From assembly GCA_050942555.1 (NCBI GenBank), contig JBMNNN010000002.1, positions 1-41,482 of the forward strand: a DNA stretch of 41,482 nt, in the 5' to 3' direction. Origin of the DNA: Christensenellales bacterium. GTDB taxonomy: Bacteria > Bacillota > Clostridia > Christensenellales > UMGS416. This document shows, in pieces, positions 1 to 9,715 of this stretch. The translations under genes and the position numbers were made by a program. The notes below the pieces were generated by a model that was not told the DNA's origin, ran no database searches, and was given only the letters and a program-made list of their open reading frames with translations. Numbering within the stretch: position 1 is the first letter of the stretch; the number at the start of each line of letters is the position of its first letter.

Positions 1-825
1 ATGGACGAGGAGGGATGGACGCCCGAGGAGCTCATTACGAGACGCTATCCCGATCGCCTCATCATCAAGGTCACAAACCAGTGCGGCATGTACTGCCGTT
101 TCTGCCAGAGGCGCAGGCTGATCGGCAAGCACGACACGCACGCTACCCGCGACCAGCTTGAGAGGGCTCTCGGGTATATCCGTTGGCATTCCGAGATTCG
201 GGATGTCCTTATAACGGGCGGCGATGCGTTCATGCTGCCCGACGAAGCGATCGACTGGCTGCTGGGCGAGCTGAGGCGGATACCGCATGTGGACATCGTG
301 CGCTTTGGCACGCGCACCCCTGTTACGCTGCCCCAGCGCATTACCGGCGAGCTGACGCGGATCCTTAGAAGACACCATCCCGTGTACGTAAATACCCAAT
401 TCAACAGTCCCAGGGAAATTACGCGGGAATCAAAACAGGCATGCGCCAGGCTGGCCGACGCCGGGGTGCCGCTGGGCAATCAGATGGTGCTCCTGCAGGG
501 TGTCAACAACGACGCATTTACGGTGCGCAGGCTTAACCAGGCGCTCCTGTCTCTGCGGGTAAAGCCGTACTATATATTCCATCCAAAGACCGTCCGGGGC
601 ACTTCCCATTTCTGGGTGCGCATCGAGGAGGGACTGGATATCATCGAATCCCTGCGCGGCCGCACGTCGGGCATGGCGATCCCGACATACATCGTCAACG
701 GCCCCCGCGGTCTTGGAAAGACGCCGGTACTGCCCAATTATCTCAGCTATATCGGCTCTGAAAAAGCGGTGTTCCACAACTGGGAAGGAAAGCGGTTTGA
801 AATCTCCAATGCTGTTCCAGAATAA
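1..825 (+). CDS. KamA-family radical SAM aminomutase (lysine 2,3-aminomutase-like); N-terminus probably cut by the window edge
   Basis: The CGMYCRFCQRR (CxxxCxxC) cluster lies only about 28 aa into the ORF, whereas KamA/EpmB proteins carry it about 100+ aa in. ITGGDAF and PYYIFH-type family motifs are present. The ORF starts at base 1. Confidence 0.8.
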   Translation: MDEEGWTPEELITRRYPDRLIIKVTNQCGMYCRFCQRRRLIGKHDTHATRDQLERALGYIRWHSEIRDVLITGGDAFMLPDEAIDWLLGELRRIPHVDIVRFGTRTPVTLPQRITGELTRILRRHHPVYVNTQFNSPREITRESKQACARLADAGVPLGNQMVLLQGVNNDAFTVRRLNQALLSLRVKPYYIFHPKTVRGTSHFWVRIEEGLDIIESLRGRTSGMAIPTYIVNGPRGLGKTPVLPNYLSYIGSEKAVFHNWEGKRFEISNAVPE

Positions 826-844
826 ATTGAAAGGCAGGTACGCA

Positions 845-2248
845 ATGCAAAACGGATATTCCCAATTCGACGAACAAGAGATCGCCCGGCTTGCGCGCAG
901 GGTCGAGTCGGGCGGCAGAATCGACCCGGAGCTGTACGCGTGGTATGACGTCAAGCGGGGGCTGCGCGACGTGAGCGGAAAGGGCGTATTGGCGGGGCTT
1001 ACCCGCATCGGAGAGGTGCGCGGACACATTCTCGATGAAAACGAGCTCATTCCCACGCAGGGCAAGCTCTATTACAGGGGCATCGACATCGAGGACCTGG
1101 TCAATGGATTTCTCGCCGAGGACCGGCCCGGGTATGAGGAAACATGCTATCTGCTGCTGATGGGCGAGCTGCCCGCGCGGCACGATCTTGAGCGCTTTAT
1201 GCGGATGCTCGCCAGCTGCCGTGCGCTGCCTGAGGAGTTTTTAAGCGGAATCATACTCAAATCGTCGAGTCCCGATGTGATGAACGCGCTGGCCCGCTCG
1301 GTGCTTGCGCTGTACAGCTACGACGAGCGGGCCGACGATATCAGCATACCCAATGTGCTGCGCCAGTGCCTCAAGCTCATTGCCTGCTTTCCGCAGCTGG
1401 CGGTATATGCGTATCAGGCATGCGTCCATTGCCACAGGAACCAGAGCCTTATCATACACAGCCCGTCTCCGGAGCTTGGGACGGCCGAGAATATCCTCCA
1501 CATGCTCCGTGCCGATTCGCAGTACACGAAGCTGGAGGCCCGGCTGCTGGATCTGTCGCTGGTGCTTCACGCCGAGCACGGCGGGGGCAATAATTCCTCG
1601 TTCATCATCCACGTGGCGACTTCGACGGGTACAGACACGTATTCGTCCATCGTGGCCGCGATCGGCTCGCTTAAGGGGCCGCGGCACGGAGGCGCGAATC
1701 TCAAGGTGCTGCAGATGATGGAGGACATGAAGCGCGAGGTATCCGACTGGACCAGCGAGGATGCGGTGCGCGATTATCTTTTCAGGCTGCTGGACAGGCA
1801 GGCGTTCGATCGGTCGGGTCTTATATACGGGATCGGTCATGCCGTCTATTCGCTGTCGGACCCCAGGGCGCTGCTCTTTAAAAAGTATGTCGAGGCGCTC
1901 GCCCGGGAAAAGGGCCTGGAGGAGGAGTACCGCCTGTATGAGCTGGTGGAGCGGCTCGCGCCCGAAACGATCGCCCGGAAGCGCCGCATGTACAAGGGCG
2001 TGAGCGCGAACGTCGATTTTTATTCGGGGTTCGTTTACCGGATGCTGGACATACCGCCCGAGCTCTTCACGCCGCTTTTTGCGATCTCGCGGATCGCAGG
2101 ATGGAGCGCCCACCGCATCGAGGAGCTCCTCAACGCGGGCAAGATCATCCGGCCCGCGTACAAAAGCGTTACGGCAAGACGCAAATACACGCCGATGGCT
2201 GGCCGTCACGGCGAACCTGCCGGTACGAAGGATCATACCGCGTATTAG
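845..2248 (+). CDS. citrate synthase (citrate/2-methylcitrate synthase family)
   Basis: Motifs HAEHGGGNNSSF, GPRHGGAN and GHAVY...DPR are present. I chose the ATG at 845 (MQNGYSQ...), which follows the kamA-like stop and GAAAGGCAGG. The track ORF from 713 would overlap the upstream gene. Confidence 0.85.
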   Translation: MQNGYSQFDEQEIARLARRVESGGRIDPELYAWYDVKRGLRDVSGKGVLAGLTRIGEVRGHILDENELIPTQGKLYYRGIDIEDLVNGFLAEDRPGYEETCYLLLMGELPARHDLERFMRMLASCRALPEEFLSGIILKSSSPDVMNALARSVLALYSYDERADDISIPNVLRQCLKLIACFPQLAVYAYQACVHCHRNQSLIIHSPSPELGTAENILHMLRADSQYTKLEARLLDLSLVLHAEHGGGNNSSFIIHVATSTGTDTYSSIVAAIGSLKGPRHGGANLKVLQMMEDMKREVSDWTSEDAVRDYLFRLLDRQAFDRSGLIYGIGHAVYSLSDPRALLFKKYVEALAREKGLEEEYRLYELVERLAPETIARKRRMYKGVSANVDFYSGFVYRMLDIPPELFTPLFAISRIAGWSAHRIEELLNAGKIIRPAYKSVTARRKYTPMAGRHGEPAGTKDHTAY

Positions 2249-2251
2249 CCG

Positions 2252-2284
2252 CAGGGCGGGACGATGTCCCGCCTGATTTTTATT
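2252..2284 (+). terminator. rho-independent terminator after citrate synthase
   Basis: GC-rich stem CAGGGCGGGAC/GTCCCGCCTG (one bulge) with loop GAT, followed by ATTTTTATTT. It begins 4 nt after the stop codon. Confidence 0.7.
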
Positions 2285-2370
2285 TAAAACTCTTTATATA
2301 TGAAATCCGGATACACGAGCCGGTATTCCCACGACCGTTACTGTTCGGCCCGCGGGCATCGCTCATTTTA

Positions 2371-2400
2371 TTGGATTTTTACGCCAATATGTTTTATAAT
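2371..2400 (+). promoter_or_regulatory. candidate sigma-A promoter for the rbgA-rnhB-yraN unit
   Basis: TTGGAT-N18-TATAAT in an AT-rich spacer 55 nt upstream of the rbgA start. Confidence 0.35.
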
Positions 2401-2454
2401 AAAAGGGCTGTGAGAACCGGGGCATAAGCGTCCCGGTTTTAAGGAGGCATCCGG

Positions 2455-3342
2455 TTGGACATTCATTGGTATCCGGGGCACATGACCCGCGCGCGGCGCA
2501 TGATCGAGGAGAATCTGGCGCGCATCGATCTGGTGGTCGAGGTGCTGGACGCCCGCGCTCCCCGCGCATCCCGGAACCCGGACTTCGACGACCTGTTTGC
2601 CGGAAAAAAGCGCGTCGCGGTGCTTAACAAGTCGGATCTGGCCGATAGGGCCGTCACGAAGCAGTGGATCGCGCGATTCGAGGCCGATGGTATGCCCGCT
2701 GCGGCCGTCGCGGCGGTATCGGTCGGCGCGAAAAAGAGGATACTCGCGTGCATCGACCGCGCGATCGCTCCTGATGCGCGGCGAGCGCTGGAAACCCGGG
2801 GCGTCCGCAAGACGTTCACCGTGATGGTGGCAGGGATTCCAAACGTGGGCAAATCGACGCTGATCAACTGCCTTGCGGGAAGCGGCGCGGCCCGAACCGG
2901 GGGAAAACCCGGCGTGACCCGTGGCCGCCAGCGCGTCCGCATCACGCCGTATCTGGAGCTTCTCGACACGCCGGGGCTACTGTGGCCCAAGCTTGAGGAT
3001 CCGGTAAGCGCGCGCCATCTGGCCATCACCGGCGCGGTGCGCGACGAGACCACCGATATACCGGGACTGAGCCTGTTGCTTCTCGAGGAGCTGGCCCGGA
3101 CGTACCCGGATCTCCTGGCCGGGCGGTACCGTATCGAGGCGAATTTGGTGCAGGAGCTTCCGCCGCGGGAGCTGCTGTCGGAGATATGCCGCAGGAGAGG
3201 GTTCCTTGCGGGAGGCGGCGAGCCCGACGAGGAGCGGGGCGCGGCGACGGTCCTGCATGAGTTCCGGATGGGAAAACTGGGAGCCGTGTCGCTGGAGCGG
3301 CCCGGGGAAGAGGAGACAAATGGCGCAGACGCTGACGCTTGA
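2455..3342 (+). CDS. rbgA: ribosome biogenesis GTPase YlqF/RbgA
   Basis: N-terminus (M)DIHWYPGHMTRARR is typical. The circularly permuted GTPase order is seen (LNKSDL before GIPNVGKSTLIN, then DTPG). TTG start is preceded by AAGGAGG at 2441-2447. Confidence 0.9.
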   Translation: MDIHWYPGHMTRARRMIEENLARIDLVVEVLDARAPRASRNPDFDDLFAGKKRVAVLNKSDLADRAVTKQWIARFEADGMPAAAVAAVSVGAKKRILACIDRAIAPDARRALETRGVRKTFTVMVAGIPNVGKSTLINCLAGSGAARTGGKPGVTRGRQRVRITPYLELLDTPGLLWPKLEDPVSARHLAITGAVRDETTDIPGLSLLLLEELARTYPDLLAGRYRIEANLVQELPPRELLSEICRRRGFLAGGGEPDEERGAATVLHEFRMGKLGAVSLERPGEEETNGADADA

Positions 3343-3937
3343 CGATCGGCTCGCTTATGAGCGGTCGCTGTTCGCGCAGGGATACCGGCTGCTGGCCGGT
3401 ATGGATGAGGTTGGCCGTGGCCCGCTCGCAGGTCCCGTGGTGGCTGCCTGCGTGATACTGCCCATCGACAATCCTATCGAAGGCGTGGACGATTCGAAGC
3501 GCCTTTCCGCAAAAAAGCGCGCGGAGCTGCTGCGCCATATCGAGCGCAGCGCGACGGCGATCGGCATCGGCGTGGTGGAGCGCGACGTCATCGACCGGAT
3601 CAATATATTAAAGGCCACGCGGCTGGCGATGGAGCGCGCGGTCGGAGCGATGCGGGAGCAGCCCGATTACATACTGGTCGACGCGTTGGAAAACCTAAAC
3701 ATACCGGTGCGCCACCAGGGCGTCGTCCGCGGGGACGGCCTCTGCTATCTGGTGAGCGCGGCTTCGATCGTCGCCAAACAGGCCCGGGACGCGATGATGA
3801 TCGAGTATTCGCGCCGCTTCCCCGGTTACGGGTTTGAGCGGAACATGGGCTATGGCACGCCAGAGCATATCGATGCGCTGCGAAGGCTGGGGCCCTGTGC
3901 GATACACCGCAGGAGCTTCATCCGGGGGATACTGTGA
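3320..3937 (+). CDS. rnhB: ribonuclease HII
   Basis: Motifs GMDEVGRGPLAGPVVAA, DSK, ASIVAK and GYGT are present. The ATG at 3320 follows GAGGAG, and the gene overlaps the rbgA 3' end by 23 nt. Confidence 0.9.
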   Translation: MAQTLTLDDRLAYERSLFAQGYRLLAGMDEVGRGPLAGPVVAACVILPIDNPIEGVDDSKRLSAKKRAELLRHIERSATAIGIGVVERDVIDRINILKATRLAMERAVGAMREQPDYILVDALENLNIPVRHQGVVRGDGLCYLVSAASIVAKQARDAMMIEYSRRFPGYGFERNMGYGTPEHIDALRRLGPCAIHRRSFIRGIL

Positions 3938-4299
3938 AAACCCGCGAGCTGGGAAGGAGCGGAGAGCAGGCTGCCGGGCGCTACCTCGAAAGCCTTGGCT
4001 GCCGTATCGTCGCCCGGAACTACCGCACCCGTCAGGGTGAGGTAGACCTCATCGCGCTGGACGGCGAAACCGTGGTGTTTGCCGAGGTCAAAACCCGCCG
4101 CAGCCAGAGGGCAGGGAGCGGGGCCGAGTCTGTGACTGCCCGCAAGCAGGAGCATATCATCCGGGCGGCGCTGGCATTCCTGCAGGAGCGGGGGATGGAG
4201 GAAGCGCCGGCCCGGTTCGACGTGATCGAGTTGCTTTACGCCCGCGAGGGTTTCCGGATCCGGCATATCCGGGACGCTTTCGGCAGCACGGGATTCTAA
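3934..4299 (+). CDS. YraN-family (UPF0102) endonuclease-like protein
   Basis: GEQAAGRYLESLGCRIVARNYRTRQGEVDLIALDGETVVFAEVKTR is characteristic of the family. GTGA start/stop overlap with rnhB. Confidence 0.8.
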   Translation: MKTRELGRSGEQAAGRYLESLGCRIVARNYRTRQGEVDLIALDGETVVFAEVKTRRSQRAGSGAESVTARKQEHIIRAALAFLQERGMEEAPARFDVIELLYAREGFRIRHIRDAFGSTGF

Positions 4300-4313
4300 A
4301 GATACGGGAGATC

Positions 4314-7300
4314 GTGATGGACAGCAAACGGATCGTATTCGCGCTGGCCGCGGCGCTTATGCTCATACTGGCAGCGCCCGGGGCAGCCGTGGCTGACGGT
4401 GAAAACCTTCTCGTCAATCCGGAGTTCGAGTCGGTATCCGACGGAGCGCCCGAAGGCTGGAAGCTGAAGCTTTATAATTACGAGGAAGGCTATACCGAAA
4501 CCTCCTTTACGACCGGCCGGTCGGGGCAGGCCGTGGTGCTTGTAAACGCGGAGAGCAACGACGCACGGTACCAGCAGAAGGTTTCGGTCGAGCCCGATAC
4601 GCTTTACTGCCTTTCGGGATACATAATGGCCGAGGGCGTACAGGACGGATGGGGCGCGAATCTGTCACTCGAAAACACATTTATCTATACCGACCCGGTT
4701 TTCGATACCGCAGGACAGTGGGAGCATGTCGCGCTCTACGGACGCACCGGCCCGCGGCAGACCGAGCTCATCGTATGCGTGCGGCTGGGCGGTTACGCCG
4801 GAGAGGCCATGGGACGCGCGGCTTTCGACGGCCTGTCACTCAGGAAAGCAGACGCCGTACCGGCGGGATACGAGGAGCAGTCGTTTGAGTCGATGCCCGA
4901 GACAGAAGATGATCCTGCGGGCCTGATGAACAAGTATCAGTATATCCGGCCTATCCTGCTCATCGCCGCGCTGTTCCTGGCGGCTGCCATGATTGTAATA
5001 CGCCGATTCGTGCGATTTTCGGGAGAGCCTCGCGACCACGAGGCGGCTCCGGCTGCGCTGTGGGTCCTCATGGGTCTGGCGCTGGCGCTGCGCGTGGGGA
5101 TCGGCGCTGTGATCACCGGATACCCGAACGACATCGCCTGCTGGATGGGCTGGGCCAACGACACCGCCGAAAACGGCCTGTGGGGACTGTATGCCCGGGG
5201 TAATTTCTGCGACTATCCGCCCGGGTATATGATCGTGCTGTGGGTCATCGGCAAGATCCGGCTGCTCTTGGGCATCCCGTCCAGCTCACCGATATTCCTG
5301 GTCATGGTCAAACTGCCCGCGATCGCGGCCGACCTGGCGCTCGGGTACCTGATTTATAAAGCAGCCCACAAGCGCCTTGGCAGTGTTCCGGCCGTGGCGC
5401 TCGCAGGGCTTTATCTCATGAACCCGGCTACGCTTACCAATACCGCCGCATGGGGGCAGATCGATTCGCTGCTGGCGCTGGTCGTGGTCGCGTACCTGTG
5501 GCTCCTGTACGAGCGGAAGATCGTGTGGGCGTCGGTGGCATTCGTACTGGGCGCTCTCATCAAGCCCCAGATGCTGCTGTTCGGGCCGGTCCTGCTGGTC
5601 GTGTTCATACACTTTTGGATCGAGCAGGGCTGGAAGAAGGCGCTGCGCGCATTCGCGATCAGCGTCGTTTCGGGGCTGGCGCTGGCGGCGGCGGTGGTGC
5701 TTCCCTTCCGGCAGGGACAGGACTTCTGGTGGATCATCGACAAATATACGGGGACCATGGGCTTTTACCGGTACACCTCGCTGAGCGCCTGCAATGTCTA
5801 CGGACTCATGGGACTGCTCTGGAAGCCCGATACCATCAAGCTCCTGGGGATCCCGGCAAGCATTTGGGGAACGGTGGGCATCGTGGCTGCCTGCCTCGTC
5901 TTTCTGATCGCGGCGCTTCGCGACAGGAGCCGCGAGCACATATTCTTCTACGCCGCGATGCTCGTAACCGGCATATTCGGCCTGGGAGGGCGGATGCACG
6001 AGCGGTACATGTACCCCGCGCTCATACTGCTGCTGCTCTCGTCGATACTCATACGCGATAGACATCATCTTCGCCTTTATATACTCTTCAGCCTGACCCA
6101 GTTCGTGAACATCGCGCTGACGCTGGCCAACGAACACCTCGTCAACGGGGATGGCGTGATATTCACGCTGTCGGCGCTGATGATGGGCGGATACATAGCG
6201 ATGCTGGCGATGGCGTTCGGAAGAATTGCCCCCCGGATGACTGGCCGCGTCAGGGAGCGCCTTTGCGGGCTCCTTGTACCGGAGCAGGGCGGGCGCGCGC
6301 CTGATGCCCGCGCCGGGGCAGCGCCTTCCCCGGATGAGCGTGCGGCCGCGCGCATCACGAACTGGAAATACACGCACGATATGCGCATGACGCGCAGGGA
6401 CTGGCTGGCGATGGGCGTGCTGACCGCGGTATACGCGGTGCTCGCCTTTACCTATCTGGGCGATCTTCGCGTCCCGCAGACGATGTGGAAGGCCAGCCGT
6501 ACCGGGGAATCCTTCGTAGCCGAGTTCGACGGGGAAAGAGAGATCGCGGAGATCTGGTATTACCGGGGGCTGTCTTCATCGGCTGCGAAGATGCGCTTCG
6601 AGACGCGCGACGCGTCGGGGGCGTGGACGCAGGCCGCAGTGGTAGACTTTACGCAGGAGCCCTACTCCGACTGGAGCAACGAGCTGTATAAATGGTTCAT
6701 CGCGCCCGAAGCGATGACCGGAAGCGCGGTGCGCGTCACGATCGAAAAGCCCACGCTCCGGCTGATCGAAATGGCCTTTAAGGACGCGGAGGGCAGGAAT
6801 ATACCCGTTAAAGCGGTGACCGACATAAACGCCAGGGAAGAAGGCGGGCCGCTCTTACTCTTTGACGAGCAGCAGCTTACGCCCGAATACCCCAGCCAGA
6901 TGAACGGCACCTATTTCGACGAAATCTACCACGCGCGGACGGCCTGGGAGCATCTGAACGGCATCGAGCCCTACGAGAACACGCATCCGCCTCTTGGCAA
7001 GGACATCATCAGCCTGGGCGTGGTGCTTTTCGGCATGACGCCGTTCGGTTGGCGCTTCATGGGCGCGCTCTTTGGCGTGCTGATGATACCGGTCATGTAT
7101 CTGTTGGGGAAAGCCCTGTTCCGCGACTCGCGGCTTGCGTTCATCGCCGCGTTCCTCATGACGTTCGACTTTATGCATTTCACGCAGACGCGCATCGCCA
7201 CCATCGACACGTACGGCGTGTTCTTCATACTGTGCATGTATGCCTGCATGTATATCTACTACAGGATGAGCTTTAACAATACGCCGCTCATGCGGACGCT

Positions 7301-8165
7301 CGTCCCGCTGGGTCTTTCGGGCATATTCTTCGGGCTGGGCGCAGCCAGCAAATGGATCTGCCTGTACGCCGGGGCCGGGCTGGCGGTGCTGTTCTTCTAC
7401 AGTCTGTGGATGCGCTGGCAGGAGTTTCGCGCGGCTTCCGACGCCGGGAGAGCCGGGATCGGAGAATCCGAGGCGCGGCGCATCCGTCGGCGTTTCCCGC
7501 GCAATGTGATCGTGACCCTGCTGTGGTGCGTGCTGTTCTTCATCATCATCCCGGCGGGAATATACATAGCCTCCTACATACCGTATCTTAATGTGACCGG
7601 CGCGGGCCACGATCTCCGGGATGTATGGCAGAATCAGATCAATATGTTCAACTACCACTCCAGGCTCGTGGATGACCACTTTTTCCAGTCGCCCTGGTAC
7701 CAGTGGCCTGTCATATGGAAGCCGATGTGGTTCTACCAGAACACCTACCTTGCGCCGGGCTGGATGGGCTCCATCGCGACGATGGGAAACCCCGCGGTCT
7801 GGTGGCCCGGTCTGGTCGCGATGGTGGCGCTCCTCATGCGCACGGCACGCAGGAGAGCGGCCGAACCGCTGGGCCTGTTTGTGGCGATTGGGTTCCTCGC
7901 GCAGTATCTCCCCTGGGTGCTGGTGCCCCGGTCGATGTTCATTTACCATTATTTCGCGTCGGTGCCCTTCATCATATTCGCCGTCGTCTATTATATTAGG
8001 GAGCGGTACATCGGGCGGCCTGACGGGAAAAAGAGAGTGCTCATCTATCTGGGCGTCGTGCTGTTGCTGTTCCTGTGGTTCTACCCGGTGATGTCGGGCC
8101 TTCCCATCCCGTCATGGCTGGGCAGGACGATGCGGTGGCTGCCTACCTGGTATTTTACATACTAA
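4314..8165 (+). CDS. 1283-aa envelope protein: signal peptide, CBM-like beta-sandwich, Gpi18/PIG-V-like GT-C module, discoidin-like insert and PMT/GT39-type GT-C module
   Basis: Signal peptide ends ...AAPGAAVA|DG. Module 1 shows D-x3-W-x2-W...DYPPGY within about 10 predicted TM helices. Module 2 shows FDEIYHARTAWEH...ENTHPPLGK (the DE motif of PMT-family enzymes) plus many TM helices. An internal Met at 6381 (MRMTRRDW) resembles a former gene start. The start could be the ATG at 4317 rather than the GTG at 4314. Confidence 0.7.
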   Translation: MMDSKRIVFALAAALMLILAAPGAAVADGENLLVNPEFESVSDGAPEGWKLKLYNYEEGYTETSFTTGRSGQAVVLVNAESNDARYQQKVSVEPDTLYCLSGYIMAEGVQDGWGANLSLENTFIYTDPVFDTAGQWEHVALYGRTGPRQTELIVCVRLGGYAGEAMGRAAFDGLSLRKADAVPAGYEEQSFESMPETEDDPAGLMNKYQYIRPILLIAALFLAAAMIVIRRFVRFSGEPRDHEAAPAALWVLMGLALALRVGIGAVITGYPNDIACWMGWANDTAENGLWGLYARGNFCDYPPGYMIVLWVIGKIRLLLGIPSSSPIFLVMVKLPAIAADLALGYLIYKAAHKRLGSVPAVALAGLYLMNPATLTNTAAWGQIDSLLALVVVAYLWLLYERKIVWASVAFVLGALIKPQMLLFGPVLLVVFIHFWIEQGWKKALRAFAISVVSGLALAAAVVLPFRQGQDFWWIIDKYTGTMGFYRYTSLSACNVYGLMGLLWKPDTIKLLGIPASIWGTVGIVAACLVFLIAALRDRSREHIFFYAAMLVTGIFGLGGRMHERYMYPALILLLLSSILIRDRHHLRLYILFSLTQFVNIALTLANEHLVNGDGVIFTLSALMMGGYIAMLAMAFGRIAPRMTGRVRERLCGLLVPEQGGRAPDARAGAAPSPDERAAARITNWKYTHDMRMTRRDWLAMGVLTAVYAVLAFTYLGDLRVPQTMWKASRTGESFVAEFDGEREIAEIWYYRGLSSSAAKMRFETRDASGAWTQAAVVDFTQEPYSDWSNELYKWFIAPEAMTGSAVRVTIEKPTLRLIEMAFKDAEGRNIPVKAVTDINAREEGGPLLLFDEQQLTPEYPSQMNGTYFDEIYHARTAWEHLNGIEPYENTHPPLGKDIISLGVVLFGMTPFGWRFMGALFGVLMIPVMYLLGKALFRDSRLAFIAAFLMTFDFMHFTQTRIATIDTYGVFFILCMYACMYIYYRMSFNNTPLMRTLVPLGLSGIFFGLGAASKWICLYAGAGLAVLFFYSLWMRWQEFRAASDAGRAGIGESEARRIRRRFPRNVIVTLLWCVLFFIIIPAGIYIASYIPYLNVTGAGHDLRDVWQNQINMFNYHSRLVDDHFFQSPWYQWPVIWKPMWFYQNTYLAPGWMGSIATMGNPAVWWPGLVAMVALLMRTARRRAAEPLGLFVAIGFLAQYLPWVLVPRSMFIYHYFASVPFIIFAVVYYIRERYIGRPDGKKRVLIYLGVVLLLFLWFYPVMSGLPIPSWLGRTMRWLPTWYFTY

Positions 8166-8180
8166 GGACGGAGGAATGCG

Positions 8181-9713
8181 ATGATCGCCGGCGTCATCAG
8201 CCTGGGATTGAGCGGAGTGGATGGCTACGCGGTGCGGGTCGAGGCCGATATCTCCAACGGGCTCCCGGCCTTTGAGACCGTGGGGCTTCCCGACGCGGCC
8301 GTCAAGGAATCCCGCGAGCGGGTGCGGGCGGCGCTGCGCAATACGGGACTCGAGTTCCCGACGCGGCGCATCACCGTGAATCTGGCGCCCGCCGACACGC
8401 GCAAGGAAGGTCCGATATACGACCTTCCGATCGCCGTGTGCCTGCTGGCGGCGACCGGACAAGTCCCCACCGAAGCCGTGCAGGATGCGGCATTTATCGG
8501 GGAGCTGTCTCTGGACGGCGGCGTGCGCCCGGTCAGCGGCATGCTGCCCATGGTCATCGCGGCCAGGCAGCTTGGCGTCGAGCGGATTTTCATACCCGCC
8601 GACAACGCGCCCGAAGCCGCCTGCATCGAGAACATACGCGCGATACCCGTGGGCACGCTGGGCGAACTGGCAGCGGTGCTGCGCGGAGAGCGGGCCGCCG
8701 AAGCGGTGGTGCCGGTTACGTGGCAGGCGCTGCGCGAGGCGCGGCAGGAGCAGGCCGACTTTGCGGTCATACGCGGGCAGCACATCGCCAAGCGGGCGCT
8801 GGAAGTGGCCGCGGCAGGCGGCCACAACGTGCTCATGATCGGCCCGCCCGGCTCGGGAAAGACGATGCTGGCGCGGAGCCTTCCCTCGATCCTGCCCGAC
8901 ATCACGTTCGAGGAGGCGCTCGAAGTCACCAAGATCCACAGCATCGCGGGGACGCTCCCGCCCCGGCAGGGGCTTTTAACCGCTCGGCCTTTCCGCGCGC
9001 CGCACCATACAGCGTCGGCGGTTTCGCTGACGGGCGGGGGGCAGCGCCTGCATCCAGGCGAAATCAGCCTGGCTCACTTCGGCGTGCTGTTCCTCGACGA
9101 GCTTCCGGAGTTCGAGCGCACCGTGCTGGAGGCGATGCGCCAGCCGCTCGAGGATGGCCATGTCACGATCACGCGCGCGAACGGATCGGTAGTCTTTCCA
9201 TCACGGTTTATGCTGGTCGCTTCGATGAACCCGTGCCCCTGCGGACATTTCGGCTCGCGCACCCAGCAGTGTTCCTGTACGCCCCACCAGATACAGCGGT
9301 ATCTGGGCCGCATCAGCGGGCCCATGCTGGACCGGTTCGACATACATATCGAGGTGGACGCGCTGGAGTACGCGGAGCTTACCTCTGAGCGGGACGCTGA
9401 GCCGTCCGCGACGATCCGGGAGCGGGTCAACGCCGCGCGCGAGGTGCAGAACCGGCGTTTCCGGGACGCCGGGATATTCAGCAACGCGCAGATGAATAAC
9501 CGCCATCAGAGGACGTACTGCGCCCTCAACGAGGAATCGCACGCCCTGATGGAGCGGATGTTCGTCCGGCTGAATCTGAGCGGCCGGGGATACGGACGCA
9601 TCCTCCGCGTAGCCCGCACGATCGCCGATCTGGCGGGGTCCGAGCGCATCAGATCCGAGCATCTGGCGGAGGCTGTACAGTACCGCAGCCTTGACCGGAA
9701 ATACTGGAGGTAG
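8181..9713 (+). CDS. comM: YifB/ComM-family Mg-chelatase-like AAA+ ATPase
   Basis: The N-terminal Lon-protease-like domain starts MIAGVISLGLSGVDGY. Walker A is GPPGSGKTM, followed by LFLDELPEF. The C-terminal segment RGYGRILRVARTIADL is typical. Confidence 0.9.
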   Translation: MIAGVISLGLSGVDGYAVRVEADISNGLPAFETVGLPDAAVKESRERVRAALRNTGLEFPTRRITVNLAPADTRKEGPIYDLPIAVCLLAATGQVPTEAVQDAAFIGELSLDGGVRPVSGMLPMVIAARQLGVERIFIPADNAPEAACIENIRAIPVGTLGELAAVLRGERAAEAVVPVTWQALREARQEQADFAVIRGQHIAKRALEVAAAGGHNVLMIGPPGSGKTMLARSLPSILPDITFEEALEVTKIHSIAGTLPPRQGLLTARPFRAPHHTASAVSLTGGGQRLHPGEISLAHFGVLFLDELPEFERTVLEAMRQPLEDGHVTITRANGSVVFPSRFMLVASMNPCPCGHFGSRTQQCSCTPHQIQRYLGRISGPMLDRFDIHIEVDALEYAELTSERDAEPSATIRERVNAAREVQNRRFRDAGIFSNAQMNNRHQRTYCALNEESHALMERMFVRLNLSGRGYGRILRVARTIADLAGSERIRSEHLAEAVQYRSLDRKYWR

Positions 9714-9715
9714 GC

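Noticed and set aside
713-844. Upstream extension of the citrate synthase ORF that overlaps the kamA-like gene by 113 nt.
   Set aside because: The extension has no family similarity. The ATG at 845 follows the upstream stop and an RBS-like GAAAGGCAGG, and it yields a normal N-terminus. The same reasoning was applied to the extensions 10585-10800 (trmFO), 3206-3319 (rnhB), 12075-12107 (hslV), 14131-14172 (degV), 18620-18781 (der), 21051-21191 (LigD-pol), 30152-30226 (truB) and 30862-31110 (ribF).
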